Both the position numbers and the translations under genes were made by a program. This document shows, piece after piece, positions 48,106-57,695 of a stretch of 64,000 nt of DNA. Position 1 is the first letter of the stretch. Each line of letters begins with the position of its first letter. The stretch is taken from positions 1,792,001 to 1,856,000 of the forward strand of contig OY969767.1 in NCBI GenBank assembly GCA_963702895.1, given 5' to 3'. Below the pieces are notes generated by a model that was given only the letters and a program-made list of their open reading frames with translations, was not told where the DNA came from and did not search any database. This DNA is from an uncultured Elusimicrobia bacterium. GTDB taxonomy: Bacteria > Elusimicrobiota > Elusimicrobia > 2-01-FULL-59-12.

Positions 48106-49116
48106 TCAATTCTTCCTTCCAAACCTAAACGACATGGACACCTGGTTCGTCCCGAAGGTCCCTTTTACGCCGGACAGGGGATAAATTAAAGCGTAATCGA
48201 CCTGGAGGTTATCCCACCGATAAGAAAATCCAAGGGAGGTCATCTGATATTGGCGCTGGCCGAAGCCCAGGCCGCCGCGGAACCCAAAGCCTCCTTTGAG
48301 CCACCGCTCCCCGCCGATCAGGAACCGGAATTCCCGAGAGGTGAACTCGCGGGCGGAAATCTCGACATTGACCGCTGAAATCTTGGTGCGCCGCGCCAGG
48401 GCCGCTTTGTAGATGGACCCCACTTTATCCGTGTCCGAGGTGGAGAGCGCCATGTTCGGGCTGTTCAGGTTGAGGATCGCCAAGCCCAGGCCGTAAATTC
48501 TCGAAATCCGGTACTGAGCGCCCAGATCAAAGCTCGCGGCTGATTTGGAGGTCCCGTTCTGCGCGAAGAGGGGATCTGGGGCCCCCAAGGAGGCGCCTGT
48601 ATCCGAGTTGATGGCGTTATCGGTATAAGCGTCGGTCCCAAAGGATTTTTTAAGAAATTTGAGGCTTCCCCCCAGGTTCCAGCGGTCCCGGACCGAATGC
48701 GCGTAATGCAAAGACATGGTGCTCTCGGAGTAGAGCCCTGCCAGGGAGAGCGACAGGTAGCTGACGCCAAAAGTGCCCCGTTTGGCCGTGGGGTGACCGT
48801 AAGCGACATACGAGCGGCTGATCGAGGAGCCATCCGTCAGGCCCGAATAGAGTTTGGAATAAGAGGCGTTCAACTCGGAACGGTTGAGCTGGGCAAGACC
48901 GGCGGGGTTGTAGTAAGAGGCCAGGACATCATCCGCGAGACCGGCAAAGCTGCCGCCGAGGCCCGCTTGACGGGCCCCCGTGGGGAGCTCTTCGAAGGAC
49001 GCCCAGGCGGAACGCGAGAGGGCAACCGAGGCAAGAACGATGAAAAGGAATCGGACGACAGAGGCCGCCCTGGGCACGAATTGGCTGACTTCTCTTGTAT
49101 AAGAGCCTACGCGCAC
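48106..49116 (-). CDS. Outer-membrane beta-barrel, PorV/PorQ-like
   Basis: GARQAGLGGSF..ADD..YYNPAGLA N-motif, beta strands and a C-terminal FRF. The start may be downstream. Confidence 0.75.
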   Translation of the reverse strand: MRVGSYTREVSQFVPRAASVVRFLFIVLASVALSRSAWASFEELPTGARQAGLGGSFAGLADDVLASYYNPAGLAQLNRSELNASYSKLYSGLTDGSSISRSYVAYGHPTAKRGTFGVSYLSLSLAGLYSESTMSLHYAHSVRDRWNLGGSLKFLKKSFGTDAYTDNAINSDTGASLGAPDPLFAQNGTSKSAASFDLGAQYRISRIYGLGLAILNLNSPNMALSTSDTDKVGSIYKAALARRTKISAVNVEISAREFTSREFRFLIGGERWLKGGFGFRGGLGFGQRQYQMTSLGFSYRWDNLQVDYALIYPLSGVKGTFGTNQVSMSFRFGRKN

Positions 49117-49672
49117 GTTCCCTTGTACAGGGGGACCTTCTCAAAGGAAAGTAAATTATGTGTAACAATAGATCAGATCGATAAATCAATCCGTTTGAGA
49201 AGCTGGTGAGATTCTTGTGACGTGCGCTGTGAGGTTCTTGTGAGCGGGGTGGTTCTCTCTAAGAACGACCCCGAAAGATTCGGTTGCGCAAGATCACCCT
49301 CTCCCGCCGCGAGGCGGGAGAGGGCGATGCCCAAAGGGCAACGGGTGAGGGCACGCTCATTCCTCTCGACGAAAATCTGCCCTCATCCTTCCCTTCTCCC
49401 ACCTTCGGCGGGAGAAGGAAGACTTCAGTTCCCCTCTCCCGCCGTGAGGCGGGAGAGGATTAGGGTGAGGGCCAAGTGTGCCCTCATCCTTCCCTTCTCC
49501 CACGTTCCGCGGGAGAGGGAGGAAAAGTCTTCCTTCTCCCAACTAGCGGCGGTAGAGGGGGTTACCGAGAACCAAAGATACCCGGCCGAAGAGATGACGT
49601 AAAAGGAGCACCCTCGGGGACGACGGTTTTTGTTCCATTCCAATCGACAGGTTTCGTTGATATAATCGCTCT

Positions 49673-49912
49673 ATGTTTAAGCGAATTGTGACGGATCACC
49701 GCATTTGCCATGGGAAGGCATGCATTAAGGGCACGCGCGTCATGGTTTCCACCCTTGTCGATTGCGTGGCTGGCGGCATGACCTTTGCCGAAATTCGCGC
49801 ATCTTTTCCCTCTGTGACAGACAAAGACATCCAGGCGGCTCTTTCCTACGCCGCGGCGCTCGCCCGGGAAAGTGTCTTCCCTTACCTGCAAGGCCTGAAG
49901 AAAGCTATTTAA
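49673..49912 (+). CDS. DUF433 antitoxin
   Basis: ICHGKACIKGTRV..DIQAALSYA. Confidence 0.88.
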   Translation: MFKRIVTDHRICHGKACIKGTRVMVSTLVDCVAGGMTFAEIRASFPSVTDKDIQAALSYAAALARESVFPYLQGLKKAI

Positions 49913-50281
49913 GTGCGCTTCCTGGTGGATGAAAACCTCCCCCTGGAGATCGTCCATCTCCTGAAAAAGAATGGCCACCACGCGGTCCATGCCCTCGACC
50001 GCCTAAGACCGGGAGGATCCGACTTGGCGGTCTTCCGCCTGGCGCAGCGTGAACGCCGGATTTTGATCACCTGCGATCTTGACTTCTCCGATATCCGCCT
50101 TTTCCCTCCTGGGCGCCACGCCGGCATTTTACTCTTGCGCGTGGAGCCTCAAAGCGTCGCCAACTTTTGTCGCGTTCTCGACGGGTTTCTCCGCTCCTCT
50201 CTTGTCTCTCATGGCGCTCGAGCCATCACCATCCTGGACGAAAATGGCTTCAGGATTCGCACAGCTCACACTCCCGAATAA
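49913..50281 (+). CDS. DUF5615 PIN-like toxin
   Basis: MRFLVDENL, ILITCDLDF and HAGILLLR. Confidence 0.88.
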   Translation: MRFLVDENLPLEIVHLLKKNGHHAVHALDRLRPGGSDLAVFRLAQRERRILITCDLDFSDIRLFPPGRHAGILLLRVEPQSVANFCRVLDGFLRSSLVSHGARAITILDENGFRIRTAHTPE

Positions 50282-50401
50282 CTCTTCCGCTCCTCGCTTG
50301 ATGTCGCGCACCCTCACGGACCGCACCACAGGGGATGACGACTTACCCGAAAAGTTCGGTTGAGCGTGGTTAATCGACTGACATGTCTGGTCTTTTTAGT
50401 G

Positions 50402-50475
50402 CCGTCATACCGGCGGAAGCCGGTATCTAGTACATCGACGATGGACTGGGCCCCGGCTTTCGCCGGGGTGACGTC
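50402..50475. repeat. REP-like family B (gtcat..ccgg..ccggggtgac); also at 53559-53622 and in tandem at 52315-52745
   Basis: Paired inverted GTCA-capped hairpins in intergenic spaces. Confidence 0.8.
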
Positions 50476-50507
50476 AACAGAAGATTCCCTGCTTATAAAG
50501 TTTATGG

Positions 50508-51155
50508 CTATTTGAAAAATCGGATCAAATCTGTCATGTGATGGATGATCCGATCAGGCCTGGACATCAATAGGTTTTGATGATCCGTAATATTCGACAG
50601 GATGCCGCACGTCCGCACTTTCGCCGCTTTTCCGGACCGCACATCATTCGGCCCGTCACCGACGACGAGGATTTTTTTCGATGGGCGTAATCCCAAAGTT
50701 CGCAAGGCATTCGTGACCGGCTCGGGATGAGGTTTCTTTCGCGGGAGGGAATCTCCCCCCACGAGGACTTGAAAATAGTGGCTGATGCGAAGCTTTTCGA
50801 GGATCAGTCCAGAGACCCGGACCGGCTTGTTTGTCACCACGGCCATTTTCTTCTCTTTGAAATGTTCGAGCGTTCTGCGCACGCCGGGATAGAGCCGCGT
50901 GCGGTCAAGACAATGCGCCCGGTAATACTTTTTAAACAGGTCGACGGCCGCGCCGAGACGCCCCGGCGCAAGCTCAGGCAAAGCGCGTCGCACGAGTTTC
51001 ACGACACCATCCCCAATGAAGCGGGCCACCTCTTCATGGCTGCTGAGCTTGGCTTTGTAGCGCCGCTGGAGGAACTGCACGGAGCGCGCCAAGTCGTCCT
51101 TGGAATCGATGAGCGTTCCGTCCAGGTCAAAAAGGATGGCTTCGACGAAAATCAT
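50508..51155 (-). CDS. HAD phosphatase (phosphoglycolate phosphatase-like)
   Basis: FDLDGTL, VTNK, KKPHP and VGD..ND. Confidence 0.9.
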   Translation of the reverse strand: MIFVEAILFDLDGTLIDSKDDLARSVQFLQRRYKAKLSSHEEVARFIGDGVVKLVRRALPELAPGRLGAAVDLFKKYYRAHCLDRTRLYPGVRRTLEHFKEKKMAVVTNKPVRVSGLILEKLRISHYFQVLVGGDSLPRKKPHPEPVTNALRTLGLRPSKKILVVGDGPNDVRSGKAAKVRTCGILSNITDHQNLLMSRPDRIIHHMTDLIRFFK

Positions 51156-52279
51156 GCGGCGGGAAGCCCGAGTCTGGCGAGGCGGTTGTGCGCGAAGCGC
51201 CACGCGGCCGGGTCGATATTTTTCCCCAGGATGAGCACGTGGAAGGCGGCGCCGAGCCCCTCGGGATGCAGTAAATACTTCAGGGACGCGCGATGAGAAA
51301 TGAGGGTCGAGAAATTTTCGAAATTTCTCTCGGGCTTTGCCGCTTCGGCCTCGCGCGGGCCTTGCCGTCTCTCCTCTCTCTTCTCTCGTCTCTCTTCTCT
51401 CGTTTCTCGTTTCTCTTCTCTGATCCCTGCCATGAGAAACGTTCCCATCTCCATAAACGCGAGGGGTTCCAGGCCCGCTTCCCTGGCGTCAAGCGCAAGG
51501 CTTGTGAAGTCGACATCGGCGGTGAGGTCCGTTTCGCCGCTTGCGCTCAGAAAATCGGCGCTGACGTGATGTCGGGAGAAGGCTCGTAGTGTCCCGCGGG
51601 TCCGCTCCGGGTGATAATACTCGTGCGCGGGACGCCCGTAATCGATCAGGACCACGAGCCCCGACGCCAAAACGCGCGAGGCTTCTTGGAGCCAGTCTCG
51701 CATCCCGAGGTTCACTTCCGTTTCGTAGCCTTCCGGCAGGGAAATCCCCAGACGCTGGAAATAAGATTCGAGTCGCGCGGTGGAGGGCTCTTTCCAAAGA
51801 GATTTTCGCCTTTTACCGTCGATCTCAGAGTAGAGCTCCTGTAGTTTCCCCTCGTGGAATCGGACACGGTGGACCGGGAAGGCGTCGAGGAGTTCATTGC
51901 CGAAGAGCACGCCGTGAAAGGGGCCAAGCTCCTGGAGTCCAGCGCGGACCTCAAAGGCGGGGTTGTGCTGCTTGAAGCGTTCCAGCTCAGCCCGGCGCGC
52001 GGGACTTTTTTCCACCGCGATGTAGCGGAAGGGCCGCGTTTCGAGGATGTCCCCGGCGAGGCGCCCTTCGCCGGCGCCGGCCTCGACCAGGCAAAAGTCT
52101 GCCTTTCCAAGCTTTTCCTTCCAGTCCCAAAAGATCATGGACAGGAGCCCGCCGAAGACTTTGCCGACATCGGGCGACGTGAAATAGTCCCCCGCTTTCC
52201 CGCTCTGCGCGGCGCCGGTCGAATAATAGCCCGCGGGGCCGTAGAGGACCTGCTCCATAAAATCGGCAAAAGTTTGCAT
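51152..52279 (-). CDS. MidA/NDUFAF7-family SAM-dependent methyltransferase
   Basis: GYY..GDYFTSP, EAGAGEG, NELLDAFP, IDYG and DLTADVDF. Confidence 0.9.
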   Translation of the reverse strand: MQTFADFMEQVLYGPAGYYSTGAAQSGKAGDYFTSPDVGKVFGGLLSMIFWDWKEKLGKADFCLVEAGAGEGRLAGDILETRPFRYIAVEKSPARRAELERFKQHNPAFEVRAGLQELGPFHGVLFGNELLDAFPVHRVRFHEGKLQELYSEIDGKRRKSLWKEPSTARLESYFQRLGISLPEGYETEVNLGMRDWLQEASRVLASGLVVLIDYGRPAHEYYHPERTRGTLRAFSRHHVSADFLSASGETDLTADVDFTSLALDAREAGLEPLAFMEMGTFLMAGIREEKRETREERREKREERRQGPREAEAAKPERNFENFSTLISHRASLKYLLHPEGLGAAFHVLILGKNIDPAAWRFAHNRLARLGLPAA

Positions 52280-52314
52280 GAAGTCGTTTTTGTGAGATTG
52301 GCGAAACACTACGC

Positions 52315-52745
52315 CGTCATCCCCCGCGGTCTACCCTATGTCATCCCCCGCGGTGTCTATTTTTCGTCATCCCCCCCGGTCGTAAGGGGGGGATCCATCA
52401 TGTTTTGTCCGTCGATGATAGACCCCGGCTGACGACCGCCGGGGTGACGTCAACGCCGGGATGACGTCAATAACGTGATGCCGTCATCCCCGCGGTCTAC
52501 CTTACGTCATCCCCCGCGGTGTCTATTTTTCGTCATCCCCCCCGGTCGTAAGGGGGGGATCCATCATGTTTTGTCCGTCGATGATAGACCCCGGCTGACG
52601 ACCGCCGGGGTGACGTCAACGCCGGGATGACGTCAATAACGTGATGCCGTCATCCCCGCGGTCTACCTTACGTCATCCCCCGCGGGTGTCAGCGGGGGAC
52701 GCCACACTACAGGCGTCCGACTGTAGTGTGTCGGATCCATCGTGA
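52315..52745. repeat. Tandem ~166-bp units of family-B palindromes
   Basis: gtcatcccccgcgg recurs at 52340, 52506 and 52672 with near-identical intervening sequence. Confidence 0.9.
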
Positions 52746-52783
52746 CAGAAGCAATTCATCAGTGTCATTGTATAATGCTGCCC

Positions 52784-53524
52784 GTGAAAGTCATTCCCGG
52801 AAAGCCGCAGTTTGTGAGTTTCCCCATCTATAAGCTCGACGCTGCCTGGCGCCGCCTGCCGGAACGGGAGCGCGCCGCGGGGAAGCAGGAGTTTGGCGAG
52901 GTGGTCGAGTCCTACCAGGACCGCATGATCGTCCTGGCCTACAGCCTGGTGGGCATCCGGGGCGACTCCGATTTCTTCCTGTGGCGCGTGAGCTACGACC
53001 TGGAAAGTCTCGAGCAGATGTCCGCGGAGCTCATGAACACGGGACTCGGCCACTACTTGAGCCTTCCGTATTCCTATCTCTCGATGACGCGGCGCTCGAC
53101 CTACGTCGAAGAACACCAGAAAGAAGATCCGGACGGCCACGGCTCGAGGCTCCAGATTGTTCCCGGGCAATCGAAATATATATTTGTCTACCCTTTCATC
53201 AAGAGCCGGGCCTGGTACGCCTTAAGCGAGCGCGCGCGCGGCGAGGCCATGAAGGAGCACATCGTGACCGGCCATAAATACCAGTCCGTGCGCATCAACA
53301 CGACGTATTCGTTTGGGTTGGACGATCAGGAATTCGTGCTCGCCTTTGAAAGCGATGAACCGAAGGATTTTCTGGACCTCATGATGGATCTGCGCGAGAC
53401 GCGCGCGAGCTCCTACACCGTCAAAGACACCCCCACCTTCACCGGGATTTTGCATCCCTTGCGGGACGTCCTGGATCTTCTCGACAAACAACCCATCGCC
53501 AAAAAGACTCCCGTCCAAGCGTAA
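52784..53524 (+). CDS. Coproheme decarboxylase/chlorite dismutase family protein
   Basis: YSLVGIRGDSD, YPFIK..WY.L..R..M.EH..G and SFGLDDQEF. Confidence 0.88.
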   Translation: MKVIPGKPQFVSFPIYKLDAAWRRLPERERAAGKQEFGEVVESYQDRMIVLAYSLVGIRGDSDFFLWRVSYDLESLEQMSAELMNTGLGHYLSLPYSYLSMTRRSTYVEEHQKEDPDGHGSRLQIVPGQSKYIFVYPFIKSRAWYALSERARGEAMKEHIVTGHKYQSVRINTTYSFGLDDQEFVLAFESDEPKDFLDLMMDLRETRASSYTVKDTPTFTGILHPLRDVLDLLDKQPIAKKTPVQA

Positions 53525-53823
53525 AAAGCAACTTCATCATAGTCACGATCTGATTTGACGTCACCCCGGCGTAAGCCGGGGTCTATCATGATGGATCCCG
53601 GCTAACGACGCGCCGGGATGACAGCACGATATGCGCACAGTGTTAGACACAGGGCTGCAGCGGAGACTGACACCAACCGACTGGACACCGACTGAGTGCG
53701 AGTTCTAACGCTAAGAGCGATGATTGCAGAACTCCAACAGAGCGTTGGAGAATTGGGCCTCATAAGCTTAGACACCTTGGGGACAGTCCCGACAAACCTA
53801 CACTCGAACGATCCGCTTACGAT

Positions 53824-53915
53824 AGTATCGGAGTTGCGGAGTATCGGCGTATCGGAGTAACGGCATAAAAGCCTTGACGCCGTCGCTCTTACTCCGATAC
53901 CCCGTTACCCCGATA
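53824..53915. repeat. Inverted pair of 8-mer arrays (gtatcgg/gtaacgg); larger copy at 60541-60720
   Basis: An 8-nt periodic run is followed by a reverse-complement run. Confidence 0.8.
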
Positions 53916-53931
53916 CTTTGATTTTGGCGGG

Positions 53932-54321
53932 CTATCGGGCGACGGCGAGGGTGCCTGTGGCGTGTTCGCCTTGAAATTCCAGCTGGTAAATGTAGATGCC
54001 GCCCGCGACGGTCTTGCCGTCTTCGTCTTTGCCATCCCAAAGGAGAACGTCGGGCGTGGTGCCCTGCTGGAGGCTGGCGACGCGCGCGCCGCTTAAGTCG
54101 AAGACCGAGCCCGTCACCGGCAACTGTTCGGGATTGTCGAGCTCAAAGCGCGCTTTGTCGTTAAAGCCGTCGCCGTTGGGCGTCAAGATCCGGCAGGCCA
54201 CCGCCGTCAAAGTGACCGAACCCAGCGAGGCGAGCGCCTCCACGGACGAGGGACGAGCAAGCAGAGACGAGAACAACAGTATCCCTACGATGATGAGTCG
54301 CGTTGCTGAATAGATCTTCAT
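53932..54321 (-). CDS. Stand-alone exported CHU_C/gliding-motility-associated C-terminal domain protein
   Basis: Signal peptide then ILTPNGDGFND..WDGKD..GIYIYQ..GT..VAR. Confidence 0.8.
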   Translation of the reverse strand: MKIYSATRLIIVGILLFSSLLARPSSVEALASLGSVTLTAVACRILTPNGDGFNDKARFELDNPEQLPVTGSVFDLSGARVASLQQGTTPDVLLWDGKDEDGKTVAGGIYIYQLEFQGEHATGTLAVAR

Positions 54322-54581
54322 ATAGAGTCCCTCCTAAGGTTAAGCCCAGTTAAGCCTTTTGTCAACACATCAGATTCTCACGAGAATTCAGATCGATTTC
54401 GCAATCCCATTCTTACAGCCAAAAACATAGTCCCTGGGTGGAGTCCCCTCTCCCGCCGCCAGGTGGGAGAGGGCGATGCCAAAAGGGCAACGGGTGAGGG
54501 CTAGGCGTGCCCTCATCCTAGCCTTCTCCCGCCTTCGGCGGGAGAAGGAAGCTCCTACGACAAGGGAACGTCCCCAAGACG

Positions 54582-57500
54582 TCACCGTGCCACCACAATC
54601 GTGCCGGTTTCGGGCGTGCCGCCGACGTCGACCTGATACACATAGATCCCGCCCGGCACCGCCTTGCCGCCGCCGTCTTTGCCGTCCCAGGCGAGTGACG
54701 AATCGGGGTTCGGCCCTGCCACAAGGCTCGCGACATAGGCCCCCGTGATGTCATACACCTTGCCCGAAAGCGGCAAGAGCTCAGGGTTGTCAAACTGGAA
54801 GATGGCCTTGTCGTTCCAGCCGTCGCCGTTCGGCGTGATGATGCGCGGATAGACCCGCGTGAGCGTCACCCCCGGCGCGTGCGTCGCTGCGCGGATCTGG
54901 AAAGAGCCCGCGCGCGAGCCGGTGGCGCTCACCGTCTGATCGGCCGTGTTCACGAGGCCCGTCGTTTTCACCCACTCCAGGCCGTTAAACCAGAAGAGCG
55001 AAAGCTGCTCGGCGGCGTTCTCCGCGGTGATGACCGGCGCCCGCGCCGGTGCTCCCCAGATCGTTCGCCCCATCGCCGATTCGCCGCCTCGTCCCTCCGG
55101 GGCCCCGGCCACGACGTGCCCGCCCATCACGGTATAGCCTATCACCACGCGTAGTGACGCCGGGTTAAAGAGCAAGTCCGTCACGTCCGTGCCCGTCACG
55201 CCGTTTTCAATCGCAAAACGCACCGAGCGCAAAACGCGCCCCGTTTCTTCCGACGTCACCTCGTCCACACCCATCCAGAGGTCCGCCCCATAGTTGTTTT
55301 GGCTCCCCCGCAGAACGTTCGCCACGGCCTGCGGCATCTGCGCGTGCGTGATGTTGTCCGGCCCCATGAAGAAGTGGTGGATGTCGGAGGTGTCATCGAT
55401 GATTTGGCCCCATGCGGAAACCCGGGCGCTCGTGTCGATCGCGCGCAGACAGTAATACTTGACGTCACTCGCCAGAGCCACCCCTTGCCATTCTTCGGTC
55501 GCCACCGTCGTCAGAAGCGTCCAGAGCGCCCTCGGCAAATGGACGCTCGAAGAGGTGTAGACCTGGTAACCCGCCAGGTTGATAAGGGCCGTGCCGTCTT
55601 CGCGCTGCGTCACGCGGCTCCAGCGGTACGTCATCTGATACGTCCCGCCGCCCAAATCGACGCGCTCACCCCAGAGGCCCAGCGGCCGTTTGGGAACGCT
55701 CGCCACGCCTGCGGTCATCACGAGCACCGTGTTCGTGTAAGCGGTGGGGACTCCTCCTTCGCTGATCGCGCGCACGCGGTAGACGTAAGCGGTGCCCGCG
55801 CTCACCGTGTAATCCTGATAAGCGGTCGCGCGGATGGCGCCCGCCTGCGTGAAGGTGGAGCCGTCGGTCGAGCGCTCAATGGAATAAAGCGTAACGGGTG
55901 GATTGGCCCCGCCGTTCCACGTGAGCCACACGTACGTGCTGCTCACGCCCGTCGTGGAAAGAACGGTCGGCGCTTCGGCCCAGGTGTAGGTGCTCCTGTA
56001 ATTCGACCAGCCGGAGACGCGCCCGCTCGTGAGGCTGTGCGCGCGCACGCGCGCGGTGTATTGGGCGTTGACGTTTAAGCCCAGCACGGCCGTCGTCGGG
56101 CCCGCCACGACGTTCGAAGTGACATGCGTGCCGAACGGATCGGCCGGGGCGAGGTCCACGTCGTAAACGATCTGCGGGCCTCCGGTCAGGCCCCAGGCCA
56201 CCGTGACGCTCGTGCGCTGAACATCGGGGAAACCCGTCAAAGTCGGAATGAGGAGCGGCGTGATGGTGCCGGTGATCGAGCTCCCAATGAAGAGATACGG
56301 ACTGTCTGCGCCCGCCCAGCCGAGCGCCTGCACGCGCGCCCAGTAGGTGGTGTCTTGGTTCAAGGCGGTGAGTGTCGCCGTCACGTCCGACGTCGTGGCG
56401 GTGGCGGTGGAGGCGCCCAGCGCCGAGATGCTGGAGAGCTCCACGCGGAAGTTCGTGCCCGCGGCGTTGATCGAGCCTGACCAGCTGGCCGTGATGCTGG
56501 AGGGGCTCACGTTATCGAAGGCTCCGCCCGTGGGAACGGCCGCCACGGTGATCGTGGAAGCCGGCACGGTGTTGGCGTAGGCGGTCGTGTCGTCATAGAG
56601 ACTGCCCACGCGCAGGTAATAGGTGGCGTTGGCCATGAGGCTCTGGATCGTGAGCGTGCTCAAGGCGACGTCCGTCGTGACCGAGGAGCGCGCGATCGGG
56701 GTGAAGCTTGCGCCCGTGGAGGCTTCGGCGCTGTAGCCCACGTCCGGCGTGACGCCGCCCCAAGTGAGACTGATGCTAGACGCATAGACCGCCGTAAACG
56801 TCGGGGTGGCGGGCGGCGGACCCGGCAAGGTGATCGTGCTCACCCAGGTCGTAAAGTACGGCACATCGTTCCAGTTGAGTCCGCCGACCCGCAGATACGT
56901 GAGCTTGCCGCGGCGCAACGAAAAGACGGTGAGGCTTGTTTGGAAGGTGTCCGAGGTGGCGCTCGAGCGGACCGTGCCGCTAAAGCTCGGGAGTGTCGAA
57001 GCATGCACCAAATACCCTTGGGAGCCCGCGGCGCCAAGGCCCGTCCAAGCAAGCGTCACGCTGCTTTGGCCGACGTCGGTGATCGTGACGTCCGGTACCT
57101 CATCGGTAAGCGTGGCCGCGCCGGCGTTGTTCGACAAATACCCGGTGTTGCCGGCCGCGTCCGCTCCTTTGATCGCAAAGTAGTACGTGGTGTTAAAGGC
57201 CAAGTTCCCGGCGGTCTTGGCTTCGAGGCCCCCGGGCGGAAGCGGCGACCAGGTGTTCGTGTAGATCGGCGCGCTCACGAAAGCGACTTCGTCTGCAAAC
57301 GGGGTGTTCTTGTAGCGCGCCGAGTACGAAGTGGCCTGGCCGTTCGAACCGAAAGCGGTCGGCGCCGTCCACGAGAGGACCAAGGTGCCCGTGCTCGGGC
57401 CCGTGATGACGGCGAGGTCTTCGATCGAATCGGGGTGCGACACGAGGTTCGCGAAGCCCGAATAGACAAAGTAGGTGGTGCCGGTGAAGAGGCTTCCTCC

Positions 57501-57695
57501 CGGTTTGCCGACGGTCGAGGTGAGCTTGTAGCTCGCCGAGGTCCCGCGGGCCGATCCCGCGCTTGTCACGTCGCTGCGCCGGATGCGGTAGTTCGTCGAC
57601 GACATATCGCTTCCGGCGAAAACGGGGAAAACGCAGAACGAACAAAGCAGAGACACGAGAGCAAAGAAACGAAAGCAGAGAGCTCTGCTTTGCAT
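54582..57695 (-). CDS. Large exported multi-FnIII protein with a CHU_C-type C-terminal domain
   Basis: Several FnIII repeats (L.W..Y..RVRA) and C-terminal IITPNGDGWND..WDGKD..GIYVYQ. The start could be 57695 or 57857. Confidence 0.85.
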   Translation of the reverse strand: MQSRALCFRFFALVSLLCSFCVFPVFAGSDMSSTNYRIRRSDVTSAGSARGTSASYKLTSTVGKPGGSLFTGTTYFVYSGFANLVSHPDSIEDLAVITGPSTGTLVLSWTAPTAFGSNGQATSYSARYKNTPFADEVAFVSAPIYTNTWSPLPPGGLEAKTAGNLAFNTTYYFAIKGADAAGNTGYLSNNAGAATLTDEVPDVTITDVGQSSVTLAWTGLGAAGSQGYLVHASTLPSFSGTVRSSATSDTFQTSLTVFSLRRGKLTYLRVGGLNWNDVPYFTTWVSTITLPGPPPATPTFTAVYASSISLTWGGVTPDVGYSAEASTGASFTPIARSSVTTDVALSTLTIQSLMANATYYLRVGSLYDDTTAYANTVPASTITVAAVPTGGAFDNVSPSSITASWSGSINAAGTNFRVELSSISALGASTATATTSDVTATLTALNQDTTYWARVQALGWAGADSPYLFIGSSITGTITPLLIPTLTGFPDVQRTSVTVAWGLTGGPQIVYDVDLAPADPFGTHVTSNVVAGPTTAVLGLNVNAQYTARVRAHSLTSGRVSGWSNYRSTYTWAEAPTVLSTTGVSSTYVWLTWNGGANPPVTLYSIERSTDGSTFTQAGAIRATAYQDYTVSAGTAYVYRVRAISEGGVPTAYTNTVLVMTAGVASVPKRPLGLWGERVDLGGGTYQMTYRWSRVTQREDGTALINLAGYQVYTSSSVHLPRALWTLLTTVATEEWQGVALASDVKYYCLRAIDTSARVSAWGQIIDDTSDIHHFFMGPDNITHAQMPQAVANVLRGSQNNYGADLWMGVDEVTSEETGRVLRSVRFAIENGVTGTDVTDLLFNPASLRVVIGYTVMGGHVVAGAPEGRGGESAMGRTIWGAPARAPVITAENAAEQLSLFWFNGLEWVKTTGLVNTADQTVSATGSRAGSFQIRAATHAPGVTLTRVYPRIITPNGDGWNDKAIFQFDNPELLPLSGKVYDITGAYVASLVAGPNPDSSLAWDGKDGGGKAVPGGIYVYQVDVGGTPETGTIVVAR

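Noticed and set aside
52315..52745. CRISPR array
   Set aside because: The intervening sequences are near-identical between units, so this is a tandem duplication.
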